DNA of 64,000 bases from Candidatus Pacearchaeota archaeon (lineage in GTDB: Archaea > Nanobdellota > Nanobdellia > Pacearchaeales > GW2011-AR1), in contig JBAZNV010000002.1 in NCBI GenBank assembly GCA_041649045.1, positions 50,336 through 114,335 on the forward strand, given 5' to 3'. The position numbers were made by a program, and so were the translations under genes. Positions 1 through 9,896 of the stretch are shown in pieces. Within the stretch, counting starts at the first letter, position 1; each line of letters starts with the position of its first letter. The notes beneath the pieces were generated by a model, which ran no database searches, was not told the origin of the DNA, and saw only the letters and a list, made by a program, of their open reading frames with translations.

Positions 1-2244
1 TATCCTGCAGGATTTGACTTGAAAAACGAAAGATATCAGTCCATCGCAAAATCGATTTGTGGGATGGCAAATCAAAAATGTACAGTTGTATACAAACCAA
101 AATTTACAGGTGGATGTGAAATAGAATATAATAAAGATTGTCTTAGTGAGGAATTCGGCCAGAAAATGAACGATTTTTGTCGGGGGCTCGGCGATTGCGG
201 TGGAGAAGTAAATATTTTGGGAGAATACTCTGAGAATTATAAAATTACAAAATCTCCAAAACTAAGTCAATCATGGATAGCCAAATTAAAGGGATTAGCA
301 ACGCCCATCCAGGGCCAAATTGCAGAAGTAGAAAATTATGCAAAATATTTAGAAGCAGCAGGAGTAATCAAAACGCAGAATGAAGTAGAAAATTATAACG
401 TTGACGAAGACCTTATGAAATTAGGAACTGGAGTTGCGGGAATTGGCTATGCGATGGGAGTAGTCGCGGTCGCTTCTTATTATGGCGTGGGGCTATCAAC
501 CCTAACATTAGAAGGCTTGGGCACAGCATCTGTCTGGCAATCTTCATTGGGATCAACACTCGCACCATTTTCTGGTGCTGCAATAGGCGCAGGGATAGGA
601 ATGATAGCAGGAATGTATCTGGCAAAAGTGTTAAAACTTGCACCAATGGGTTCAATCTTAATGTCAATAGGAGGTGGAATCGTTGGCGGAGTTTTGGGCT
701 ATGAGATGGTGTTGCAAACAACATTAAATCCAATTTTCTTTTGGGTCGGCGTTGCATTGATTGTTTTTTCTCTTTTTTTCGGAAGCAACGACTGCAAACC
801 AAAAATCGTTGAATTTGAATGCAAACCATGGCAGCCGCCAAAAGGGGGAAGCAACTGCGAAGAGTGCAACGGCGACTCGCTTAAACCATGTTCCGAATAT
901 AGGTGTAGTAGTCTGGGTGCAGCCTGTGAATTAATAAATAAAGGGACAGCAGAAGAACTTTGTATAGATAAAAATCCGGATGATACAACTCCGCCAACAA
1001 TCACTCCCCAATACGGGGTAATTTCGGAAAACGAAAAATACAATCAAATTACTGATAAAGGTTTCAAAATTTCTTCATCAACGAGCGAATGCATAGATGC
1101 TTATACAGATTTGGAATTCGGAATCCAAACTAATGAACCAGCACAATGTAAGTTTGACCTTCAAACTAAAAATTTTGAAGACATGGAATTTGATATTGGA
1201 GGGAATAATTTCTTATATAATCACACAACTATATTCACTCTTCCGGACCCAAGTCATGGGCAAAGCCAAGGGGGAAACTGGACAGGCGAACTTGATCTTT
1301 ATATAAAATGTCAGGATACTCACGGACACGAAAATCCGGATTTTTACACCATAAACCTATGCGTGAAAGAAGGTCCCGATAAAACACCGCCAAGAATAAA
1401 ATCCTTAAACCCGGGAAACAACGAACTAATTAGTTTCGATAAAACAGAGACAAGTTCACAAATAATTACTAATGAACTTTCAGAATGCAGGTGGGATATT
1501 GCAGACAAGGACTACTCTCTTATGTCAAACCAAATGATTTGTGACAAAGATTTATTATCGCCATCTTCGACGCTTGGGTATATGTGCAGTACAGCCTTGG
1601 CGTTAGCATCAAGCGAAAATATTTTCTATGTAAGATGCATAGATCAGCCATGGTTAAATGGGACAGGGAATGCGAATACACAAAGCTTTCTATATACTTT
1701 AAAAAAACCCGGGAACAAAATTGCGATTGATGAAGTATTGCCAAATGAAGACTTCAAAAGTTCGACAACATTTTCCTCAATTGAATTACAAGTGAAAACT
1801 TCGGGTGGCGGGATTAGGCATATATGTTCATATTCATTTTCTGGCTATGAAAAAACAATCGAATTTTTTGAAACAGGAGAGTCAAATATCCATAAACAGC
1901 CGCTTAATGTAAGATCAAGTACAAACAAAATTTTTATAGAATGCACGGACGAAACAGGAGATTATGCACGTTCCGAAACAGAATTTAAAATTAACTTTGA
2001 CAGTTCATCGCCTCAAATTTCAAGAGTATGGAGAGGGGAGAATACCCTTAATTTTATTACAAATGAAAAAGCAGAATGTAGTTATTCAGAAAAAAGTTGC
2101 CTCATGAATTCAAATGAAAAGACAACTCAGTTAAGCGAAACTCATAAAATCGAAATTTCGACAGGCAAAAATTATTATATTAAATGCACAGATGAATTCG
2201 GAAATACGCCGACAGGATGTTCGTTGATAATTAATCCCGTCTAA
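1..2244 (+). CDS. Giant Cys-rich surface/membrane protein (5'-truncated by window edge), paralog of 3007-6912
   Basis: Frame 1 is open from base 1 (YPAGFDLKNERY, cf. YPPGLKF in the paralog). Shared blocks LGDCGG, PCSEYRCxSLG and FGIQTNEPAQCK. Gly-rich hydrophobic stretch at ~412-786; C-terminal TNExxxC...Y(I/V)(K/R)CxD beta repeats. Confidence 0.85.
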   Translation, partial: YPAGFDLKNERYQSIAKSICGMANQKCTVVYKPKFTGGCEIEYNKDCLSEEFGQKMNDFCRGLGDCGGEVNILGEYSENYKITKSPKLSQSWIAKLKGLATPIQGQIAEVENYAKYLEAAGVIKTQNEVENYNVDEDLMKLGTGVAGIGYAMGVVAVASYYGVGLSTLTLEGLGTASVWQSSLGSTLAPFSGAAIGAGIGMIAGMYLAKVLKLAPMGSILMSIGGGIVGGVLGYEMVLQTTLNPIFFWVGVALIVFSLFFGSNDCKPKIVEFECKPWQPPKGGSNCEECNGDSLKPCSEYRCSSLGAACELINKGTAEELCIDKNPDDTTPPTITPQYGVISENEKYNQITDKGFKISSSTSECIDAYTDLEFGIQTNEPAQCKFDLQTKNFEDMEFDIGGNNFLYNHTTIFTLPDPSHGQSQGGNWTGELDLYIKCQDTHGHENPDFYTINLCVKEGPDKTPPRIKSLNPGNNELISFDKTETSSQIITNELSECRWDIADKDYSLMSNQMICDKDLLSPSSTLGYMCSTALALASSENIFYVRCIDQPWLNGTGNANTQSFLYTLKKPGNKIAIDEVLPNEDFKSSTTFSSIELQVKTSGGGIRHICSYSFSGYEKTIEFFETGESNIHKQPLNVRSSTNKIFIECTDETGDYARSETEFKINFDSSSPQISRVWRGENTLNFITNEKAECSYSEKSCLMNSNEKTTQLSETHKIEISTGKNYYIKCTDEFGNTPTGCSLIINPV

Positions 2245-2276
2245 ATATTTATAAATAAAGCATGGTTGAAATAAAT

Positions 2277-3010
2277 ATGGCGAAAAAGGGGCAGATCACG
2301 ATTTTTATTATATTGGCGATTTTAATCGTTTCCGCCATCCTCGTTTTCTTTTTATACGTAAGACCAACATTTATTTCATCAGGCAACAAATTAGATTTCG
2401 AAAATTGCGTTCAGCAAACTGTAGAAAAATCAATTTTAAAACTTGAAAAAAATGCCGGATTCGTTAACTCAGAATTTACTTACAATTATAAGAGCGAGGA
2501 ATTTACGTATCTTTGTTATACTAACGAATACTATAAAACATGTACAATACAGCAACCTTTTTTAAAACAACATTTCAGCAACAAATAGAAAAAGATGTGA
2601 CGCAAGAAATAAATCTTTGCTATGAAAATTCTTTGCAAGATTTAAAAGACAGAGGTTATTCAGTAACATCAGGTAAATTGAATTATTCGATATTAATTAA
2701 CCCCAGTGTCGTTAATGTGAATATACAGTCTCCTACGACAGTTGGCTCAAACAAATTTTCAAGGTTTAATGTACAAATAGCCTCGCCTTTATACGAAATG
2801 CTTATGATATCGACAGTGATTCTTCAGTATGAAACATTTTACGGAGACGCCGATGTGGACTCAATTATGTCAATCTACCAGGATTATTATATTGAAAAAA
2901 TAAAAAGAGACGACGGGACCACAATCTATATTTTAAATAGTAAATCTTTTGAAAATAAATTTCAATTCGCAAGCAAAAGTTTGACGTGGCCTGCAGGATA
3001 TGTCGGATGA
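2277..3010 (+). pseudogene. Class III signal peptide (pilin-like) protein split by a -1 frameshift near 2558-2576 (sequencing indel, pseudogene or programmed shift)
   Basis: MAKKG/QITIFIILAILIV prepilin-like N-terminus; TTTATAAA at 2248-2255 is 29 nt before ATG 2277. ORFs 2262-2588 and 2540-3010 overlap and join with one added base. Stop overlaps the next ATG (ATGA 3007-3010). Confidence 0.75.
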
Positions 3011-6000
3011 AGAAAAAATTTGTTACAAGTTTTGAACTAACTATTTTGCTTTTTTCAACTTTTGCTTTTTCATTTTTAATTTATTCTGCAGACAATGTTT
3101 CCGCAGATACATCTTTGTCAGAACCAACAAGTTGTTGCGAAAAAACAAAGGATGGCGCTTTTTGCCTGAATACTAACGAAGATGATTGTGCGGCAAACTA
3201 CAAAATCTCTCAAACTTCATGCGAAACAACATCATATTGCAAACTTGGAACCTGTTATGATTCAGACGAAGGAATATGTATGGAGAACACGCCCCAGAAC
3301 ATTTGTGTTTCAAGTGGAGGCACATGGGATGAACGAGAATTAGCCGAAGTCCCACAGTGTCAACCCGGATGTTGTATTATTGCAGATCAGGCAGCATTCG
3401 TTTCGTTAGTCAGATGCAAGAAACTTTCAAATTTTTTCGGCGTGGAAAATAATTTTAAGAAGGATATAAATTCAGAAATCCAATGCATTGCGACAGCTCA
3501 ATCGCAGGATATGGGCGCTTGTGTTTATGAAAAAGATTACGAAAAAATTTGCAAATTTACAACGAGAGCTGAATGCAGCGCGCCAGAAACCATCGAAAGT
3601 GTGAATTCATCATCTTCGGGAAAGAAATTCTATAAAGATTATTTATGTTCGGCCGAAGAATTAAATACGATTTGCGCACGACAAACTTCGACAATATGTT
3701 ATGGAGGGAAGGTTTACTGGGTAGATTCATGTGGCAACAGGGAGAATGTATACTCATCAAATAAAGATAAGAGTTGGAATAGAGGAAGAATAGCCGAGCC
3801 CGATACAATCTGCTCCCCAAATTCAGGGACAAACAAAAACTGTGGAAATTGTGATTATTTTCTTGGAACAAGATGTGCAGAATGGGATGGCTCAACAGGA
3901 AAACCATCAGGGAGTGAATATTATTGTAAAAAAACAGAATGTGTAGATAGAAACGGCGATAAGAAATTAAATGGAGAAAGTTGGTGTGTTTACGATGGAG
4001 AAGTCGGGAATGGCTTGGACTCAGTTGGTTCAAGATATTTTAGAGAAATTTGTGTTGACGGCCAAGTGAAAGTTGAGCCATGCGCAGAGTATCGAAACGA
4101 GATTTGCCTTGAAGGTTCAATAAAAACATCCGAAGGAGATTATTCAACAAGCGCGTGCAGAGTAAACAGATGGCAAGATTGCATATTACAAGATGAGCAA
4201 GAAGATTGTCTGAATATAGATAAAAGAGATTGCTTATGGCTTCCCTCTATAACAGGAATTATCCTTGGTTCTGCGAAATCCGATTCTTCAAAGCAAACCG
4301 GTTTTTCAAACCCAACAGCAGGAGAGACAGTCTTTTCAAACCCAACAGCGACAGGCAACGTAATTTCGCCGATTACAGGAGAAATTGCATGGGGCGGGAC
4401 AGAAAAAGAAGATGAAAAAACAATGACAACAAACCCTGATGGGATTTGTGTTCCAAACTATCCCCCCGGATTAAAATTCTGGGAAGGAACAATAAATCAA
4501 CAAACTTGTGCCCAGGCAAGCGCAAAATGTATAATTAAATATGAAAAAGGAATTCTTGATGGAAGTTGGGAGTGTATAGAAAATTGTGAATGCGAAGACG
4601 AAGACTGGGCCTTGGACGTAAATCGGGTTTGTGCAGCTCTCGGCGATTGCGGTGGATACGTAAATTATTTAGGAAAATATACGGATGATGGATATGAATG
4701 GAAATCTGACAATGACAAAAAAGAATTTTCTCCAAACAATATAAATAAAATTAGCGGAGGCTTCACGGGGATGGTTGCAGGATTTATCGATAAAATAATT
4801 ATAACTGGGAATACACTCGCCCAAACACCAACCCCTGTTTCAGGAATTCAGGTAGCCGAAGGAATCGCTGCAAGGTCATCAACACTAATTACAAAAGAAG
4901 CTGTGCAGGTCGAAGTCGTAAAATTTGCAGAAATGGGGCCATTTTCATCCATGCCAGCCAGAGAAACAATCCTCATCGCAAAAGATACCCCCATCACCCT
5001 GTCCGCTAACGGCGGAACATTCGTTTCAGGAGATAAAGTTTATTCTTTAACTAATGCTCAAATCGAAACTGTGCGGGGAGCAGGAGGTGTTGGGCAGCAA
5101 ACAAGTAAACACTTTCTTTCAGGTAAATTAGGTTTGGAAGCGGGGGGGCTTCCTGATGCTCTTGCAACGGGTATTCAGTGGGCAGCGGTTGCATACGGAG
5201 CGGGTTATTTAATTGGAAGTCTATTTGGGATGAGCAAACAAAATACCCAATCTCTTTCAACAGCAATGGCAGCCGGTTCTTTCACATGGCAAAGTCTGGC
5301 TACATATAAAGCCGTAAATCTCGGATGGTTCAGTGCAAATCCATTTTTAACAGGGTTGGGCGTAGGCGCCATTGTTTTCATAGCAATGTATAAAAAATAC
5401 GAAACAAAAACAGTTTCATTTGATTGCTTGCCATACCAAGCTCCTTCTGGCGGAAACGATTGCGAAAAATGCAACGATCCAACTCTCCCATGTTCCGAAT
5501 ACAGATGTAAATCACTCGGTCAGAATTGCGAACTCGTAAATATCGGGACTAAAGAAGAAAAATGTGTAAACATTAATCCGCGAGACGTGAATTCGCCGGT
5601 GATAAAACCAAACACAGAAGAACTAACAGATGGCCATAAATATACAAATATAAAAACATCTCCTCCTGGCCCGGGATTCAGTATAATATCAACCAATAAT
5701 CAAGACGGATGTTTGCAGGCATTTACACCATTAAAGTTTGGGATTCAAACTAACGAACCAGCACAATGCAAGATAGATTTTAATCACACAACAAAATTCG
5801 ATGACATGATTTCATTTATGGGCGGGAGCAATTTATATTCCTACAATCATACCGAACAGTTTTCACTTCCAGGAGCAAAATTATTCGAAAATTCATCGTT
5901 GATACTTCAAAATGGAAAAGACATGACTTTTTTCATAAGATGCAAAGATAAAAACGGGAACGAGAATTCAGCAGAGTACGCAGTAAATCTATGTGTTGAC

Positions 6001-6912
6001 CCAAGCCCCGATACAACAGCTCCCCAAATAAAAGCAACGTCAATTGAAAACAATGGATGTATTGCAGAAAATTACGATTCCGTGGATGTAGAATTTTACG
6101 TCAACGAACCTGCCGATTGCAAATGGGACTTTCAGGATACAAGTTACGAAAACATGGGAAATGAAATGACATGCTCGAATGAACTATATCAGGTAAATGC
6201 AAACTACTTGTTTACATGCAAGACAGAATTAAGTGGCATAGCACGAGACGGAACCAATTTCTACGTCAGATGCCAAGACCAACCCGAAAGCGACATTAAT
6301 GATAGAATAACAAATAAGGAAAGTTTCGTATTTTCCCTCAGAGGCAGTACAGAATTAAAATTAAGTTATCTGATGCCAAACAGCACGCTTTCCGGATCAG
6401 TAAATCCCGCTCCAATAGAATTGTACGCCGAGACCGTTTTTGGCTGCAATAACGGGCAATCAATCTGCTACTATTCGACAACAGGAGACGAAGACGATTA
6501 TATAATGTTTTACGATACAAACAATGAAGATGGGATCAGCACCCAAAGACAGGATTTAGCTTCAGGCGACCACAAATACTATATTCGATGTATCGATGCA
6601 GGGGGGAATGTTGTGGAAGACATGATTAGATTTAATCTTGATATAGACACAAGTGCCCCAACAATAACGAGAATTTACGAAGAAAATAAAAATTTGAAAA
6701 TAATCACAGTAAGAAGTAGCGAGTGCGCTTATAGCTTCAACAACTGTGATTTTAGCTTTGAAGAAGGAGTCGAAATGCCATACGCAAATTCAACAATCCA
6801 CGTCGCAGAATGGAACAAAGATAAAACATATTATATAAAATGCAGGGACGAATTTAAAAATGAAGATGCAGATTGTTCGGCAATCGTAAAACCGAGCGAT
6901 AATTTTTTATAA
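3007..6912 (+). CDS. Giant (~1300 aa) secreted Cys-rich protein with internal Gly-rich hydrophobic segments and C-terminal Ig-like repeats
   Basis: ATG 3007 overlaps the upstream TGA; N-terminal signal/TM helix; dense Cys repeats; hydrophobic block at ~5115-5390; C-terminal half paralogous to 1-2244. Confidence 0.85.
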   Translation: MKKKFVTSFELTILLFSTFAFSFLIYSADNVSADTSLSEPTSCCEKTKDGAFCLNTNEDDCAANYKISQTSCETTSYCKLGTCYDSDEGICMENTPQNICVSSGGTWDERELAEVPQCQPGCCIIADQAAFVSLVRCKKLSNFFGVENNFKKDINSEIQCIATAQSQDMGACVYEKDYEKICKFTTRAECSAPETIESVNSSSSGKKFYKDYLCSAEELNTICARQTSTICYGGKVYWVDSCGNRENVYSSNKDKSWNRGRIAEPDTICSPNSGTNKNCGNCDYFLGTRCAEWDGSTGKPSGSEYYCKKTECVDRNGDKKLNGESWCVYDGEVGNGLDSVGSRYFREICVDGQVKVEPCAEYRNEICLEGSIKTSEGDYSTSACRVNRWQDCILQDEQEDCLNIDKRDCLWLPSITGIILGSAKSDSSKQTGFSNPTAGETVFSNPTATGNVISPITGEIAWGGTEKEDEKTMTTNPDGICVPNYPPGLKFWEGTINQQTCAQASAKCIIKYEKGILDGSWECIENCECEDEDWALDVNRVCAALGDCGGYVNYLGKYTDDGYEWKSDNDKKEFSPNNINKISGGFTGMVAGFIDKIIITGNTLAQTPTPVSGIQVAEGIAARSSTLITKEAVQVEVVKFAEMGPFSSMPARETILIAKDTPITLSANGGTFVSGDKVYSLTNAQIETVRGAGGVGQQTSKHFLSGKLGLEAGGLPDALATGIQWAAVAYGAGYLIGSLFGMSKQNTQSLSTAMAAGSFTWQSLATYKAVNLGWFSANPFLTGLGVGAIVFIAMYKKYETKTVSFDCLPYQAPSGGNDCEKCNDPTLPCSEYRCKSLGQNCELVNIGTKEEKCVNINPRDVNSPVIKPNTEELTDGHKYTNIKTSPPGPGFSIISTNNQDGCLQAFTPLKFGIQTNEPAQCKIDFNHTTKFDDMISFMGGSNLYSYNHTEQFSLPGAKLFENSSLILQNGKDMTFFIRCKDKNGNENSAEYAVNLCVDPSPDTTAPQIKATSIENNGCIAENYDSVDVEFYVNEPADCKWDFQDTSYENMGNEMTCSNELYQVNANYLFTCKTELSGIARDGTNFYVRCQDQPESDINDRITNKESFVFSLRGSTELKLSYLMPNSTLSGSVNPAPIELYAETVFGCNNGQSICYYSTTGDEDDYIMFYDTNNEDGISTQRQDLASGDHKYYIRCIDAGGNVVEDMIRFNLDIDTSAPTITRIYEENKNLKIITVRSSECAYSFNNCDFSFEEGVEMPYANSTIHVAEWNKDKTYYIKCRDEFKNEDADCSAIVKPSDNFL

Positions 6913-6913
6913 A

Positions 6914-7402
6914 ATGAAAAAAAAAGCACAAGAATCCATTGGGATGTCATTCGGCGTAATTTTTGCAATTTTTTTAATAATTATTTTTTTGCTTGTAGCT
7001 TTCTTCACGATAAAACATTTTTTAGACATAGAAAAAACTTCAAAAGTTGGTTTATTTTATCGTGATTTTCAGGAATCCGTGGATTCAGCCTTTATCAGTC
7101 AATCAACAGAATTTAATTTTGAAATTAATCTTCCTCCAAAGATAGAAAAAATTTGTTTTGCAAATCTTTCAGCCAAAATAACTGGCAATCAGGCAGATTA
7201 TAAGGAACTGGAAAATTATGATATTTATGAAGCGAATGTTTTTTTAATCCCATCGCAATTTGCGGAAAGCATGGAATACAAATTAATCAATCATCTAAAC
7301 ATTACAAAAATAATTGAAAACAAAAATCCGTATTGTATTCCCGTCTCTCAAAATATATTAATAAAAAAAGACTTTTACGACAGGTTGGTTAGTGTAGAAT
7401 AA
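6914..7402 (+). CDS. Pilin-like protein, class III signal peptide
   Basis: MKKKA/QESIGMSFGVIFAIFLIIIF: basic leader, Ala at -1, hydrophobic helix; two Cys. Confidence 0.7.
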   Translation: MKKKAQESIGMSFGVIFAIFLIIIFLLVAFFTIKHFLDIEKTSKVGLFYRDFQESVDSAFISQSTEFNFEINLPPKIEKICFANLSAKITGNQADYKELENYDIYEANVFLIPSQFAESMEYKLINHLNITKIIENKNPYCIPVSQNILIKKDFYDRLVSVE

Positions 7403-7431
7403 TTAATAAACTATGCCTCCAATATTTTATT

Positions 7432-8361
7432 ATGAAAAGAGGTGAGTTTAATTTTGTCTGGCTCTTCGCAATAGTTGTGGGCGGATTGATTTTATTTTTA
7501 GCTGTGTATGGCGCCACAAAAATAGGAGACACCAAAAAATATCAGACAGACAGTGAGATAGCAAAACAAATTTCAATTTTAACTGACCCAATGCAGGCAG
7601 GTTTTGCCGAAGGAAGTTTCAGCAAAATGACTTTCAAGCAAGAGATAAAAATAAAAAATCTTTGTTCAGTCGGAAATTTTGGAGAAAATGAAATTTCGGT
7701 TTCAACAAAAACAAACAACAAATGGAATCAGTTCGGAGCAGGAACAATAATACCAAATAAATATATTTTTTCCGCGGAATTAAACGAAGGAAAAGAATTT
7801 TACATTACTTCAAAACCATTTAATTTTCCTTATGAAGTAAGCGACATGATATTTTTGACTTCAAAAGAATATTGTTTCTCTAATTCTCCTGATGAAATAT
7901 CCGAAGAGATAAAAGAACTAAATATCCCAAATATAAAAATAGAAAATTGTTCTGGTTCAGAAATAAAAGTTTGTTTCGGCTCATCGGCAAACTGCGACAT
8001 AGTAATTTATGGTACATGTTTATCAAACTGCGATTCTGTTTACGAGGAAGGTGTTGTAGAAAAAAAAGAAGAAATAATAAAATACGTAGACAATTTATTA
8101 TTGGCAGCAATTTTTTCAGATAAAACGGTTTACGATTGCAATATCAATAGACTTTTGCAAAGAACATCTTCAATTGCAGAATTATATAGCGAAAAGGCAG
8201 ATATCTCAAATGCAAGAAATTGCAACACCAATCTCAAAAGCGACTTGTTATTTTGGAAAGATTTCACTGTGAATTCAACTTCAGACGAGATTATTTCCCT
8301 TAATATTTTATCAAAAAGCTTACAAATTAAAAATGAAAGGGAATTATGTAAATTATGGTAA
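7432..8361 (+). CDS. Pilin-like protein, class III signal peptide, Cys-rich
   Basis: MKRG/EFNFVWLFAIVVGGLILFL N-terminus; overlaps the next gene. Confidence 0.7.
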   Translation: MKRGEFNFVWLFAIVVGGLILFLAVYGATKIGDTKKYQTDSEIAKQISILTDPMQAGFAEGSFSKMTFKQEIKIKNLCSVGNFGENEISVSTKTNNKWNQFGAGTIIPNKYIFSAELNEGKEFYITSKPFNFPYEVSDMIFLTSKEYCFSNSPDEISEEIKELNIPNIKIENCSGSEIKVCFGSSANCDIVIYGTCLSNCDSVYEEGVVEKKEEIIKYVDNLLLAAIFSDKTVYDCNINRLLQRTSSIAELYSEKADISNARNCNTNLKSDLLFWKDFTVNSTSDEIISLNILSKSLQIKNERELCKLW

Positions 8362-8855
8362 GAGCACAAATGAAAATTCAGCAAATGGCGTTTATGATTT
8401 TGGCGGTTTTTTTATTTTTTGTTCTGGTTGGTTTATTTTTTTTAGCTATTCAATTTCGGGACATAAATAAAAATGCAGATAGGATGCAGACAGAACAGGC
8501 AATATCATCATTAAAAGTAATCGCGGACATGGCCGAGTTATCTTATGATTCAACAGACACATTAACAATAGACGAAGATAAATTAAAGATAATGTCAACC
8601 AAATTTTCTGAAAAATATAAAAACTTCTGGCCAGTTGCCTCAATCAAAATTTACATAATTTACCCATCGTTCAACAAGACAATCAAATGCCCAGAAACGA
8701 ACTGCAACTATTATGAGATTTTAGACAACGGACAAAAAAACATAAAAGAATATTCCACTTTCATTTCTATATGTAGCAAAATAAATAATTTCGGGGTTTA
8801 TGATAAATGCGGAATAGGAAAAATAGTCGTAGGAGTCAAAATAAATGAAAAATAA
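8355..8855 (+). CDS. Pilin-like protein, class III signal peptide
   Basis: MVRA/QMKIQQMAFMILAVFLFFVLVGLFFL; four Cys; overlaps both neighbours. Confidence 0.7.
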   Translation: MVRAQMKIQQMAFMILAVFLFFVLVGLFFLAIQFRDINKNADRMQTEQAISSLKVIADMAELSYDSTDTLTIDEDKLKIMSTKFSEKYKNFWPVASIKIYIIYPSFNKTIKCPETNCNYYEILDNGQKNIKEYSTFISICSKINNFGVYDKCGIGKIVVGVKINEK

Positions 8856-9330
8856 TCACAAAGCCCAGCAGGAAATGGTCGGTTTTGTCTTGATAGTCAT
8901 CTTGGTAATTGTAGGAGTAATGGTTTTTTTAATCCTTTCATTAAAATCTCCCGAAGAACAATCCAGCTCAAATGTTGATAATATGCTCGGAGCGATAATG
9001 AAAATAACGACAGAATGTGCCATTGTTTTCGAACCCCAATTCGAAGATTTGCATGATTTATTTGAGAGTTGTTACGCAGGAAAAAAATGTGCGAATCTAA
9101 ACATCGACACCTGCGAATACCTTAATAAAACGCTCCAGAACGTTTTTGCCGATATTATAAAAACCGAAAGCACAATAGAATCATATCAGTTTGACTTTTT
9201 AATTAAAGAAGGAGATAGTTTACTTGAGATTAAAGAGGGAAATTGTTCGGGAGAATTTTCTTCAGCACAAAGAAATCTTGGAAATTCTGCGAATTTGGTT
9301 GTTAGATTAAAGATTTGTAAATCAGATTAA
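8845..9330 (+). CDS. Pilin-like protein, class III signal peptide
   Basis: HKA/QQEMVGFVLIVILVIVGVMVFL; six Cys. Confidence 0.7.
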   Translation: MKNNHKAQQEMVGFVLIVILVIVGVMVFLILSLKSPEEQSSSNVDNMLGAIMKITTECAIVFEPQFEDLHDLFESCYAGKKCANLNIDTCEYLNKTLQNVFADIIKTESTIESYQFDFLIKEGDSLLEIKEGNCSGEFSSAQRNLGNSANLVVRLKICKSD

Positions 9331-9683
9331 ATATTAATAATTATTTGCAAACTATCGACTGAAAGCACGGGCCTCAACGATTCTCTTTTCCCCCTTTTTT
9401 CCGAAATGAATTCTAAAAATCCAAATCGCTCAAGAGACAAAACGTCTTCTCTGACAGACTTAAAGTCCCTTCCAAGAATTTTTGCAAGAGCATAAATAGA
9501 ACAAGGATTTTCTTTTTTTAAAATATATAATATTCTTGATTTTTCATTGCTTAATAAGCTTCGCAACATTTTCACATCAGAAAAATCATGATCAGTCGAT
9601 TTCCCTATAAATTTTGAGACGAAGTTTTCCTTATTTGCATTTACTTCAACGTATCTAATTTTGGTTTTTCTTATTTGTGCCAT
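9327..9683 (-). CDS. Winged HTH transcriptional regulator (ArsR/MarR-like)
   Basis: LSNEKSRIL...SIYALAKILGRDFKSVREDVLSLERFGFLE is a typical archaeal wHTH pattern; divergent from the S-layer gene. Confidence 0.75.
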   Translation of the reverse strand: MAQIRKTKIRYVEVNANKENFVSKFIGKSTDHDFSDVKMLRSLLSNEKSRILYILKKENPCSIYALAKILGRDFKSVREDVLSLERFGFLEFISEKRGKRESLRPVLSVDSLQIIINI

Positions 9684-9865
9684 ACATATTCTTATTTAAC
9701 CATATATATAAATACTATGTTTTTATTATATATGTGTTTTTCGACCATATATTTTATATATATTTTTTTATTTTTTTTTAAATCGTTATCTTAAAATATA
9801 ATAACAAAAGATTTATAAATAAACCATGAAAAAAGTTGGTTTTTAACTAAAAATTTATGGCAAAG

Positions 9866-9873
9866 TTTATAAA
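9866..9873 (+). promoter_or_regulatory. TATA box of S-layer gene
   Basis: TTTATAAA, with the first leader hairpin (9897) starting 24 nt past its 3' end. Confidence 0.6.
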
Positions 9874-9896
9874 CTATTTTCAAGATAACTAAACAA

